A stretch of DNA of 64,000 nt from positions 72,205 to 136,204 of the forward strand of contig JAYPGZ010000001.1 of NCBI GenBank assembly GCA_038127095.1. The letters run 5' to 3'. This document shows, piece by piece, positions 20,367-29,455 of the stretch (position 1 is the first letter of the stretch; each line of letters begins with the position of its first letter). The notes under the pieces were generated by a model that searched no databases, was not told where the DNA came from, and saw nothing but the letters and a program-made list of their open reading frames with translations. The DNA comes from Candidatus Roizmanbacteria bacterium (GTDB taxonomy: Bacteria > Patescibacteriota > Microgenomatia > UBA1406 > HO2-37-13b). A program made the translations under genes and the position numbers.

Positions 20367-20827
20367 TTGTAAAGTTTTAGCCTATTCCTAGGAATAGTAT
20401 ATCCAAGCGTTGTACCGCGACATTTAACATGTAACCGAGTATTACTATTCCACGATACAATCACACTTGCCACTTCTTTATCGAATAGTAGGCGCATTAA
20501 ATCTATATCATGCCATTCCAATGTACAGACTTCCTGATCCGCACAGACTAAGCATATAAGTAAATTTTTATCGGTTTGAATTTCTCGTAGTTTTACGATA
20601 TCAGACTCAGTAAATGTAAAAGAAGAATAATGTCTTCCTTTTCTACCAATTCTTACACCTGAAGTTGATTTGACAAAGATTTTATGTGTTATGTGGTTAT
20701 CAGTTATTTCGTAGGCGCTCCACTCAAAATCATCGCTCTTCTCAAGCAGCTTTACGTTCACAAGTGTGCTTCGAATTATTTGACATAACACTGCTCCATG
20801 GTAAAGTTCAAATTTTGATATAGCCAT
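20357..20827 (-). CDS. hypothetical protein between SNF2 helicase and mod
   Basis: 156-aa ORF, 10-nt overlap with mod, 9-nt gap to the SNF2 gene; no recognisable motif. Confidence 0.5.
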   Translation of the reverse strand: MAISKFELYHGAVLCQIIRSTLVNVKLLEKSDDFEWSAYEITDNHITHKIFVKSTSGVRIGRKGRHYSSFTFTESDIVKLREIQTDKNLLICLVCADQEVCTLEWHDIDLMRLLFDKEVASVIVSWNSNTRLHVKCRGTTLGYTIPRNRLKLYNWS

Positions 20828-20836
20828 TTTAATTAA

Positions 20837-23797
20837 TTAAATGATCTGCCACCTTATAGTAAACAGCGGTTCTAGTTTAGATTGCTGGGTCAATCGAGAT
20901 TCAACTGTCTCAAGCAACTTCTCTTTCTTTAATTCTACATCATCCTGTGTTTCAAATAATCTCTTCCTCATCTCATTCCTCTTCTTCTCCCAATCTTTGA
21001 TTTCGCGTTGAGCAATCAATTTTTCATCAAGATTTAATATTTTTTTTGCATTTGTTTTTGCAGTTTTTATATCAATATCAAGTTTCCTTAAATCGAGTTC
21101 CAATGCCTTTTTAACATCCTCAGCCCAGTTGTCCAACTTATCTACTTCATGATCAAAAAAGCTACCATTACGTTCAGCAATCTGACTAGTTGTAATCTTT
21201 AGATATTTATTCTCCAGTTCATCGATTTCTGTTTTTAGTTTTGGTGAGATAGCATATTGTCCTCCGATTGTAGCTGACAATTGAAATATCTTCTTAATAA
21301 CCTCTGGTTCAAGTACATCACCATCATCAGTTATAGCTGAAAACAGAATATGATCTTCTGACTCAAATGACTCAACTGTCAAGTTTGAGATTTTCAGAAT
21401 GCCCCCTTTACCTATGAGTGGCTGTAATACAGTAATAATTGTTTGGTTGTTAGAGTAGTTAAAAGCTACTTCTGCTTCATCTGACGGTCGAGATTTAATG
21501 TCATTCAATATCCTTTGAGCTAATGAATGAGCGGGTCTATACACATGTGCGTCCTCAATATTTTTTCCAATCTTATATGGGCCCGGATCAATATTCTCGC
21601 CTTCAAAAGGGTTTCGTTTGAGAACAAAAGAATATTCATTGTCTGAAAAATCAGCATTGTCTCCCAAATAGAATTTAGTTGTATCCCACAACCATCTATT
21701 ATAAGTATCTAAATACATGGCGCTTTCTCTTAAGTTGATTTTAAGTTTTTCGTGAACTTCAGCATCGAAGTTTTCGAGAAGTGTCTGCCGTGTATCTGAA
21801 AGATTATTCTTAATACTCTCATCCATTTCCTCTTGAAGGGCATCAAACGCATTATTGATTTCTTCAGTTGTTCTACATTCTTGATATATGTTGGCTATGC
21901 GCTTTTCAAAATCTACTCCAGACTCAATTGTTCCCAATACCTCGTCACTTGCACCAAAAACCCCTTTGAAAAGTTTGAATTTTTGATCAAGCAGATCATA
22001 AACCCTGCTATCAGCAGCATTTTTTCGGTTTACAAAGTTTATAACCACAACATCATGTTTTTGACCATATCGATGGCATCTACCAATACGTTGCTCGATA
22101 CGTTGTGGATTCCACGGCAAGTCATAGTTAATAACTAAAGAGCAGAATTGTAGATTTACCCCTTCAGCCGCAGCTTCAGTTGCGATCATAATTTCAGCTT
22201 CATCTCGAAAATACTCAATGAGTGCGGATCGCATATCAGCAGTTTTTGAACCTGTAATTTTGTCTGTATCCTTATTTTCCTCTAACCATTTAGCGTAGAT
22301 CTCCTTTGATTTAGGATCATTATTTGAACCATTGAAAAGTACAATTTTGCCTTTATAGCCATTCTCCGGCAACAGTGTTTCAAATAGGTACTTCTGTGTA
22401 ATAGTTGACTCAGTGAAAATGATTGCTTTCTGTTTAGCTCCCAATTCATGAGTCATCTCAAACCCCTTTTTAAGCGCAATAAGTAGCGCATCGCCCTTTG
22501 AATTGTTGAAGATTGCCTTGGCGAGGTCTCTAAATTTTTTAAGATCAACTTTCTCCTTTTCCATCAATTGAATATCTTCTTTAGTAAATTCTTTAGTTTT
22601 CTTCCCTTTTTCTTCATTTTCATCCTCATCTTCCTCATCATCAATCCACTCATCCGATATTTCATCAAAACCTTCAAAGTTCTGAGCCAAATCTGTGGTA
22701 TCGAATTCATTTTGAGTACTTTTTAAGGATATTTTAGCTTCATCTATGAGATAGCCCAACTTGATAACAAGATTATTTAATGTGCTTGCAATAGCAAAGG
22801 ATGAAGAGGCTAACAACTTGCGCAGTATTAGTGTCATTAGTTGACGCTGGCTAGAAGGTAGCGCATAGAGCGTTGGCCTTTGTAGGTATTCGGACATCCC
22901 ATCGTATAGCTCTACTTCCTGTTTTGTAGGTGTGTAATCCTGAGTGATGGGGCGTCTCTCGGTGTAATTGATATATTCTAAAACTTGCCTACGCAGGGTT
23001 CGGATACATACTACTTCTAAACGTTTTCTAAGGTCTAAAAACATTTCCTGTTTTGGCTCAACAAGTCCGACTTCATTTTCGTAAATATCTTGTTCACGTG
23101 AAACTCGAGCGTAGTTTGCCTTAAAACTTCTAAGGTCCCCAAAAACATGATCATCAATAATGCTTACCAGACCATATAATTCCAATAAAGAGTTCTGCAG
23201 TGGGGTAGCAGTAAGTAATATTTTTGGGACACCAGCAAGAGATTCCTTAATATCTCTAGCAATCTTATTACTTGTTTTATAAACATTTCGAAGTCTGTGT
23301 GCCTCATCAATAACTGCTAGGTCCCATTTTGTTTGCTTAACATATGGCGCCTTAGTTCTGGCAAAGTGATATGAACAGATTACAATCTTATCGTCTTGAT
23401 TAAAGGGATTAAGATTGCCATCTTTAATACTTTGATTAAATGATTTTGTCTCAAGAATTAAGGATGGCAAAAAAAACTTTTCCTGCAACTCAGTATTCCA
23501 CTGTTTACGCAAAGCAGCTGGTACAATGAGTAATATATTTCTCTTTCTTTCAGCCCATTTTTGAGACAATACCAACCCAGCCTCGATTGTTTTGCCCAAA
23601 CCTACTTCATCAGCAAGTATGGCTCCCCTGGAAAGAGGCGATTTAAATGCAAATAGCGCAGCTTCTATTTGGTGAGGATTGAGATCAACTTGAGCATTTG
23701 ATAGTGTTGAAGAAAGCTTTTCTAGACTATCGGATGAACACCGTTTTGTCAGCTCATAGGCAAAATATTTTGCATGATATGGAGTAATTTTTGTCAT
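20837..23797 (-). CDS. SNF2-family (Rad54/Swi2-like) helicase with ~400-aa uncharacterised C-terminal region
   Basis: ILADEVGLGKTIEAG (motif I), VIDEAHRLRN (DEAH box), ...LLTATPLQN, QRIGRCHRYGQ (motif VI); an acidic E/D stretch separates the two RecA lobes. Confidence 0.8.
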   Translation of the reverse strand: MTKITPYHAKYFAYELTKRCSSDSLEKLSSTLSNAQVDLNPHQIEAALFAFKSPLSRGAILADEVGLGKTIEAGLVLSQKWAERKRNILLIVPAALRKQWNTELQEKFFLPSLILETKSFNQSIKDGNLNPFNQDDKIVICSYHFARTKAPYVKQTKWDLAVIDEAHRLRNVYKTSNKIARDIKESLAGVPKILLTATPLQNSLLELYGLVSIIDDHVFGDLRSFKANYARVSREQDIYENEVGLVEPKQEMFLDLRKRLEVVCIRTLRRQVLEYINYTERRPITQDYTPTKQEVELYDGMSEYLQRPTLYALPSSQRQLMTLILRKLLASSSFAIASTLNNLVIKLGYLIDEAKISLKSTQNEFDTTDLAQNFEGFDEISDEWIDDEEDEDENEEKGKKTKEFTKEDIQLMEKEKVDLKKFRDLAKAIFNNSKGDALLIALKKGFEMTHELGAKQKAIIFTESTITQKYLFETLLPENGYKGKIVLFNGSNNDPKSKEIYAKWLEENKDTDKITGSKTADMRSALIEYFRDEAEIMIATEAAAEGVNLQFCSLVINYDLPWNPQRIEQRIGRCHRYGQKHDVVVINFVNRKNAADSRVYDLLDQKFKLFKGVFGASDEVLGTIESGVDFEKRIANIYQECRTTEEINNAFDALQEEMDESIKNNLSDTRQTLLENFDAEVHEKLKINLRESAMYLDTYNRWLWDTTKFYLGDNADFSDNEYSFVLKRNPFEGENIDPGPYKIGKNIEDAHVYRPAHSLAQRILNDIKSRPSDEAEVAFNYSNNQTIITVLQPLIGKGGILKISNLTVESFESEDHILFSAITDDGDVLEPEVIKKIFQLSATIGGQYAISPKLKTEIDELENKYLKITTSQIAERNGSFFDHEVDKLDNWAEDVKKALELDLRKLDIDIKTAKTNAKKILNLDEKLIAQREIKDWEKKRNEMRKRLFETQDDVELKKEKLLETVESRLTQQSKLEPLFTIRWQII

Positions 23798-23882
23798 AAA
23801 TTTTTTGTACTTGTTATGCTTTTCACTTTGGCCTCATTTTATCAAAAATCGGCTCCTAATACAAAGGGCATAGAGGTTTGAA

Positions 23883-24542
23883 ATGTGCTATAGTATTTAT
23901 ATGACGCCAACTACATTGGTCATTGTGATATTTGCGATCGTAGCTATTTTTGTTTACCTCATATTAAAACTCATCGATGCACTTATCAGGATCTCCCAAC
24001 GAATTGAATCAACCAATACACATCTTGATGAGATACATATTGAAATGGCAGAGCTTGCACAAATCTTAAGTACAACATTGCTGGGGCTTAAGAGTAAAGA
24101 TGATGATCTTGATTCACGCGTTGAGGATCTTGAAAATATTGCTGACCCAACATACGATGAAGATGATTTAGATCCATTTTATGATCAGGCTGTAAAAATT
24201 GTAACTGAATCAGGAAGTGCTTCTGCATCATTGCTTCAACGTCGACTCGACATCGGCTATGCCCGAGCCGCACGATTAATCGATGTGCTTGAATCAAAAG
24301 GTATTGTGGGACCAGCTGAAGGCAGTAAGCCACGTCAGGTTTTCTCATCAGCAACGGAAGCTGAGCCCTTATTTGAACAAGCAATTAAACTTGGTCAAAA
24401 AGAAGGCAGAATTTCTCCAGCAATGTTACAAAGAAATCTACAGATTGGTTATGCCCGAGCTGCACGTATTATGGACTTACTTGAAATTGAAGGGTATATT
24501 GGGCCCGCAGATGGAGCAAAGCCACGACTAATTTTAAAGTAA
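23883..24542 (+). CDS. membrane-anchored protein with two tandem FtsK gamma (KOPS-binding winged-helix) domains
   Basis: N-terminal TM helix, coiled region, then LLQRRLDIGYARAARLIDVLESKGIVGPAEGSKPRQV and MLQRNLQIGYARAARIMDLLEIEGYIGPADGAKPRLI, each matching the FtsK gamma-domain consensus; no FtsK motor domain. Confidence 0.6.
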   Translation: MCYSIYMTPTTLVIVIFAIVAIFVYLILKLIDALIRISQRIESTNTHLDEIHIEMAELAQILSTTLLGLKSKDDDLDSRVEDLENIADPTYDEDDLDPFYDQAVKIVTESGSASASLLQRRLDIGYARAARLIDVLESKGIVGPAEGSKPRQVFSSATEAEPLFEQAIKLGQKEGRISPAMLQRNLQIGYARAARIMDLLEIEGYIGPADGAKPRLILK

Positions 24543-24543
24543 T

Positions 24544-24948
24544 ATGCAACTAAAGAGAGTTCTTATCCTTGAAGATGACCTCGAAACCGTTTCTGTGCTA
24601 TTGGGTAAACTTGCAAGCCTTGAAAATGAACTCATGAAATCTGATAGGAAAGTTGAGTTTTCTTTCATGGTGATGTCCGAATATACAGATGTTGATACGA
24701 TGATAAACGGGCTGGATGCTGAATCGTTTGATATTATTCTGCTTGACAGAGATTGTAAGGTTGCCGGCTCATTCCACATTTTAGATATCGAAAAATTTGG
24801 GGTAGATAAAGTGATCTCTATATCTTCAACACCTCCATATAATGAGGACGCAAAGCAACGAGGAGTTAAACGGGTAGCGCATAAGGACTATGCGAATCTC
24901 ACTACATTTGCAGATGCGGTAATGGATCACATTAAAGAGCTTATATAA
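24544..24948 (+). CDS. stand-alone CheY-like receiver domain protein
   Basis: VLILEDD...IILLDRD...(putative phospho-Asp)...ISISS...K pattern of response-regulator receivers; 2-nt gap from the upstream gene. Confidence 0.5.
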   Translation: MQLKRVLILEDDLETVSVLLGKLASLENELMKSDRKVEFSFMVMSEYTDVDTMINGLDAESFDIILLDRDCKVAGSFHILDIEKFGVDKVISISSTPPYNEDAKQRGVKRVAHKDYANLTTFADAVMDHIKELI

Positions 24949-24949
24949 C

Positions 24950-24985
24950 TACCATCGCCATCGATGGTAATTTATTCGATCTTTT
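24950..24985 (+). terminator. candidate rho-independent terminator
   Basis: Perfect 8-bp stem TACCATCG/CGATGGTA with loop CCAT, then T-rich tract ATTTATTCGATCTTTT, immediately after the stop codon. Confidence 0.5.
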
Positions 24986-25097
24986 AGCCACGAATCACTT
25001 GCATTTTGTTTCCTCTTTATCCTTATAAATAAGGAAAGGGAAACACTTTCCTCCCTTATCGTATATAATAGGGAGGATTAAGGTGGGCTAAACTACA

Positions 25098-25871
25098 ATG
25101 ATACATACAAACATAACTAACAAACAAAAAGAAATACTTCTTCTTCTCTACCGATTCCGGTTTCTCAACAGACAGCACATACAAACACTCCTTCGTCATA
25201 AAAACAAAAAGAATATAAACACGTGGCTCAAAGATCTCACAGAAAAAGGATACATAAACAGAATATTCAAACGATCATGGACAGAAAACTCAGTACCGGC
25301 AAAATACTACATCGCACTCAATGGCATACGATATCTTAAAACCAATCCAGACTGTAAAAAAGAATATCTTCGTAAGCTTTATCGTGAAAAGGACCGCTCA
25401 CAAAAATTTATCGATAAATGTCTCTTTATTGCAGACATTTACATTCGGTTTTTGAAAGACTCTGTGGAAAATATCACCCATTATCAATTTTCCACACAAT
25501 CTGACTACACGCCCGGCAGCATCGTAACCGACATCATGCCCGATTTTCTGGTCATTACAGGAAACAACAATGTAAAACAATACCATCTCTTCCAGCTATT
25601 TCCTGAGGGAACGCCCCGTTTTGCAGTTCGCAAGCGTATTGAGCAATATATGACATTTTTAACTGAGGAAGACGGCACGCACTTAAATGCTGTTCTTCAC
25701 CTTGTGGCACATACTGAGGCATTATATGTATATTTAACTCGCCACACTGAAAGAATCCTTGAGGATGAGAGTATATCGGTACCAATTCGAGTACTATCGT
25801 ATGATCAGATCGCACAGCACGGATTACAGCTTGAAGACCCGGAAACAACTGATGAGTCAGAACTCGAGTAG
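25098..25871 (+). CDS. replication-relaxation (Replic_Relax-like) winged-helix protein
   Basis: N-terminus LTNKQKEILLLLYRFRFLNRQHIQTLL... resembles Replic_Relax family proteins of conjugative/mobilisable elements; assignment by pattern only. Confidence 0.45.
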   Translation: MIHTNITNKQKEILLLLYRFRFLNRQHIQTLLRHKNKKNINTWLKDLTEKGYINRIFKRSWTENSVPAKYYIALNGIRYLKTNPDCKKEYLRKLYREKDRSQKFIDKCLFIADIYIRFLKDSVENITHYQFSTQSDYTPGSIVTDIMPDFLVITGNNNVKQYHLFQLFPEGTPRFAVRKRIEQYMTFLTEEDGTHLNAVLHLVAHTEALYVYLTRHTERILEDESISVPIRVLSYDQIAQHGLQLEDPETTDESELE

Positions 25872-25877
25872 CACATC

Positions 25878-26294
25878 CTACATCAGCCCTTTCTCCTTCA
25901 TGCTTATATATGTACCCTTCGCATAAATAATATGGTCGATAACCTTTATACCCAATATATTTCCGGCATCAATCATCCGTCTGGTTGAGGCAACGTCTTC
26001 TGAGGACGGATTAGGATCACCAGAGGGGTGATTGTGGGCGAGAATAATCTGCGATGTGCATTCTCTCACTGCTCGAACAAACACTTCCCGCGGATGAACC
26101 AGTGACGCATTGAGTATTCCTATACTTACCAGCTCAAACGTTGTAATATTACTCCGTGCATCAAGATGAATTACAAAAAAATGTTCTTTATGACGATCAA
26201 TACCGTCTTGTGTCTTAAAAAACCTATCAAGCAAATTATAGAGCCCTTTCGAATTACTTATTTTTTTCATTGACTCACTGACTTTTATTTTCAT
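25878..26294 (-). CDS. radC: RadC-like JAB/MPN domain protein
   Basis: ILAHNHPSGDPNPSSEDV is the RadC/JAMM signature (HxHPSG...PS..D). Confidence 0.7.
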   Translation of the reverse strand: MKIKVSESMKKISNSKGLYNLLDRFFKTQDGIDRHKEHFFVIHLDARSNITTFELVSIGILNASLVHPREVFVRAVRECTSQIILAHNHPSGDPNPSSEDVASTRRMIDAGNILGIKVIDHIIYAKGTYISMKEKGLM

Positions 26295-26367
26295 ACTAGT
26301 GGAATTAAAATTTTTAATAAAAAACCGCAGGCAACGGTTACGCCCGCTACCTGCGGCTTACAACACC

Positions 26368-26661
26368 TCATCTTTTGGGCAACTCAGACAACCGACATGG
26401 TGTAAAGTACCTATCTCGTTCAACCGGCAGTCCCAATGCGCCTCGTACTGTACTGATCTCTGAAAGCGAAAAATACCCAAGTTCCCGTTCAAACCCATCG
26501 ACCAGGCCGTAAAATGTGTCATTACCATCAAATTCAACGACATACCACGTCCAGCTTGAGTCTGGTGTAAAAAACTTACACCATACCATCGGATCTTCAG
26601 TATTCTCACTTGCATACAACTTCGGCAGCTTGCTGCGGATATCTGCAGTCAATAGCATCAT
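26368..26661 (-). CDS. DUF2958-like protein (common on conjugative elements)
   Basis: FFTPDSSWTWYVVEFDGNDTFYGLVDGFERELGYFSLSEI; strong RBS GGAGGTGGGG 3 nt before the Met-Met start, so the start is moved from the ORF-track 26724. Confidence 0.5.
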   Translation of the reverse strand: MMLLTADIRSKLPKLYASENTEDPMVWCKFFTPDSSWTWYVVEFDGNDTFYGLVDGFERELGYFSLSEISTVRGALGLPVERDRYFTPCRLSELPKR

Positions 26662-26909
26662 AAACCCCACCTCCTTTCGATATGAAAATTGATAAATCAG
26701 GTCAGGTATGCTCCTGTCCTTCAAAAAAGGGGCATGGGGTGAAGACGTAGGCTGTCAAAAGTTTCGCAAGAAAGGATTGTAATGCCTGTCAGAAAAATGA
26801 TGACATCAATAATGAACAGTCATTATTGTCATTTTTCTACAGGTTTACATACCCGCCTTTTGACAGATGCGGCAAACCCCATAAAATAGGAAAGAAAGGA
26901 CAGGAGAGA

Positions 26910-27326
26910 CTAGCTTTGTTTAGGTTTTTCAATCACCTGAAGATACATAGAATAGTCATAATCTGCATTACCTTTTTCAAGAACATATTTTCCGGTTGGT
27001 TCATTCCCAAGCACTATACATGGAACAGCTGACTGAGCAAGTTCAAGATAGGAATAATAGGTACGATAGTCATCACTCATAATAAATAGGTCATCCTTTT
27101 GATACACATGTAAGTATGGATATCTGCCAGCTTTGATATCCATAAGCACACTATGAGAAAAGGCAGACGATGGTTCCGGTTTATATTCTGAAAATGGTTT
27201 GATTCCTTCGATTTGTATGACCGCTTTATAGAAAGGAAGCTGCTTTTGCAGCACTTTCCTAAAAAGTTCTGAAAACATAGAATCCATTGGGATTTTATTG
27301 TCTATTTTTATATCTGAAATGTTCAT
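26910..27326 (-). CDS. hypothetical protein (possibly ParB-like nuclease domain)
   Basis: 138-aa ORF; weak resemblance to the ParB N-terminal domain (...IVLG...), not secure. Confidence 0.35.
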   Translation of the reverse strand: MNISDIKIDNKIPMDSMFSELFRKVLQKQLPFYKAVIQIEGIKPFSEYKPEPSSAFSHSVLMDIKAGRYPYLHVYQKDDLFIMSDDYRTYYSYLELAQSAVPCIVLGNEPTGKYVLEKGNADYDYSMYLQVIEKPKQS

Positions 27327-27555
27327 GGGTGATTAGATATGCTAAAAAGACCTTCAGCCGGTCACAAACTAGTAGTGCTGACTATTATAGCAGTATTTAT
27401 GCGATAACAGACAAAGGGATGGTAAGTATTAAGGTTTTTTAGAAATTTATTTTCTCGAATTTTTCTGATAAGAAAAATTAAAACGGCGAGGTAAAAAGCC
27501 TTGAAGTATCTGTTTCCGGAATCCGTTCACTATAATAGGGATTTTATTTATATAT

Positions 27556-28608
27556 ATGCCTATAACTGTGAACAATTCAACATATAAAACGCTTATCAGC
27601 ACTGATAATATATTTAAGGCATGGTATGCCTTTCGGAAAGGAAAGCGAAAAAAGCCCGATGTAATGTTCTTTGAGCGCCATCTTGAAGATAATTTGTTTG
27701 CACTGCAGGATGATCTGGAGAAGGGTCAGTACCGCCATTCGGGATATCTTGAATTTACGGTACAGGATCCTAAAAGTCGACTCATTCACAAACCACATGT
27801 CAGAGACAGGGTTGTTCACCAGCTTCTGTATGAATATCTCTATAAACTTTATGACAAAACTTTTATCTACGACTCATATTCATGCAGAATTGGTAAGGGA
27901 ACGCATAAGGGTGTCGGAAGGCTTATTCAGTTTAGTATAAAAGAATCGCAAAACTATTCACGTAGCTGCTGGAGTGTAAAATGCGATATAAAGAAGTTTT
28001 TTGCAAACATTGATCATAAAGTCCTTCATGATATTCTCGTACGTAAAGTACATGATCCACTTATACTTTTTCTGCTTGATATCGTTATTGACAGCTTCCA
28101 TACGAAAGATGCCCTTGGCAAAGGCCTCCCATTAGGAAACCTCACCAGTCAGATATTTGCAAATATTTACATGAATGAATTTGACCAGTTCATAAAACAT
28201 AAGCTTAAGGTTATATATTTCATTCATTATGCCGATGACTTTATCCTGGTTTCACATAACAGAGTATATCTTGAACAGCAAATTGAGCCAATGAGAACAT
28301 TTCTGAAAGATACCCTAAAATTAACTATGCACCCTGACAAAGTTATCTTTAGAAAACTCGACTGGGGTATTGATTTTTTAGGGTATATTGTGCTTCCCCG
28401 GTATGTTTTACCCAGAACTGCAACAAAGCATCGCATATTCAGAAAAATAAAGAAACGTGCAGATGAGTATCTCGATGGTGATATTTCCATGTATCAGCTG
28501 AGACAGTCGGTACAGTCATACCTTGGATATCTGTCACATACTGACGGATATAAGCTTTCACTGGAAATTAAAAATTACGTCTGGTTTCTGACGGGCGAAT
28601 CAGTATAA
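27556..28608 (+). CDS. diversity-generating retroelement (DGR) reverse transcriptase
   Basis: RT motifs 1-7 including FIHYADDFIL (YxDD) and the DGR-specific LGNLTSQ variant in motif 4 (LPLGNLTSQIFANIYM). Length (350 aa) and the adjacent Avd/TR/VR support the call. Confidence 0.85.
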   Translation: MPITVNNSTYKTLISTDNIFKAWYAFRKGKRKKPDVMFFERHLEDNLFALQDDLEKGQYRHSGYLEFTVQDPKSRLIHKPHVRDRVVHQLLYEYLYKLYDKTFIYDSYSCRIGKGTHKGVGRLIQFSIKESQNYSRSCWSVKCDIKKFFANIDHKVLHDILVRKVHDPLILFLLDIVIDSFHTKDALGKGLPLGNLTSQIFANIYMNEFDQFIKHKLKVIYFIHYADDFILVSHNRVYLEQQIEPMRTFLKDTLKLTMHPDKVIFRKLDWGIDFLGYIVLPRYVLPRTATKHRIFRKIKKRADEYLDGDISMYQLRQSVQSYLGYLSHTDGYKLSLEIKNYVWFLTGESV

Positions 28609-28967
28609 TGAATGGCACTATGTTTCAGCTTGATATTCCGCTTCTTGACAAATTATATGCGTTTTATAAAGAAATCACAGTTGTTATTGTTTCCTTCCCA
28701 AAATCACGTAAATATACACTCGGAGAGCATATTGAAAGACTGACCCTTGAGATTATTGAACTTGTCATATCTGCCGGATATAAACCAAAGGAGGAGAAGC
28801 TGGAGACCGTTTATGAGATCAGTGCAAAGCTTGATGTTTTGAAAATGCTGGTTCGCCTAGCTTATGAGACAAAATGTATGCAGAGCAAGGATTACCAGTG
28901 CCTGTCAGCTGATCTTTCAGAGACCGGCAAAATGACAGGCGGCTGGATCAAATCCTTAAAACAGTAA
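28608..28967 (+). CDS. avd: Avd-like four-helix-bundle accessory variability determinant
   Basis: 119 aa; FPKSRKYTLGEHIERLTLEIIELVISA matches the FPK..K..L..Q..R...SI pattern of Avd / four-helix-bundle (23S rRNA-IVS protein) family; start overlaps the RT stop by 1 nt. Confidence 0.7.
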   Translation: MNGTMFQLDIPLLDKLYAFYKEITVVIVSFPKSRKYTLGEHIERLTLEIIELVISAGYKPKEEKLETVYEISAKLDVLKMLVRLAYETKCMQSKDYQCLSADLSETGKMTGGWIKSLKQ

Positions 28968-28977
28968 TGGAACGCTC

Positions 28978-29089
28978 TCAGGGGACGGAAACCGGTATTG
29001 TCATTGTGATTGGACGCATTGTTCCAATTGACGTTCGACAAACCACCATTATCGGAATTACCACCGATGAGACGGCTATCGGAACCGAA
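28978..29089 (-). repeat. DGR template repeat (TR), sense on minus strand
   Basis: 112 nt identical to 29472..29583 except at 21 positions, all of which are T on the plus strand (A on the minus-sense TR). Non-coding: lies between avd and the target gene's 3' end. Confidence 0.85.
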
Positions 29090-29455
29090 CCAACGTGCTT
29101 CTCTCCTATTCCGACTCACTGTGCCCAGATTACTCCACAACACTGTATTTTATACGTTTTATCTTTTTATGAAATAAAACTAACAGAGAAGCACACACAG
29201 CTTTCCTTCCTGTTTATATTCCCGCCGGCATATTTACGCTTCTTTTCCCACATAAGAGAACAGAACTCTGAAAGTGATGCCGGGAGAAAGCAGAGCAGCC
29301 GGCAGGCGTACCTGACCGGATAGTGGCTTTGCTAAGGTCAATTGTAGCAGATAATATTCGGAAATCTCAAAAAATTTTTTGGCTTCGCCAAAATCCAAGA
29401 ATCCAATACACAAAACACCAATACAAGAACCAAGATAATCAAGAGTACAAGGATT

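Noticed and set aside
21833-22138. Antisense/internal ORFs within large genes (e.g. 21833..22138, 54476..55150, 33281..33631, 30075..30290, 10468..10701)
   Set aside because: They are nested in or antisense to well-supported long CDSs (SNF2, uvrA, vWA protein, DGR target, T4CP) and show no motifs
28892-29323. ORFs 28892..29143 (-) and 28967..29323 (+)
   Set aside because: They span the DGR template repeat. The minus ORF merely mimics the VR reading frame (FGSDSRLIGGNSDNGG...) and the TR is expected to be non-coding
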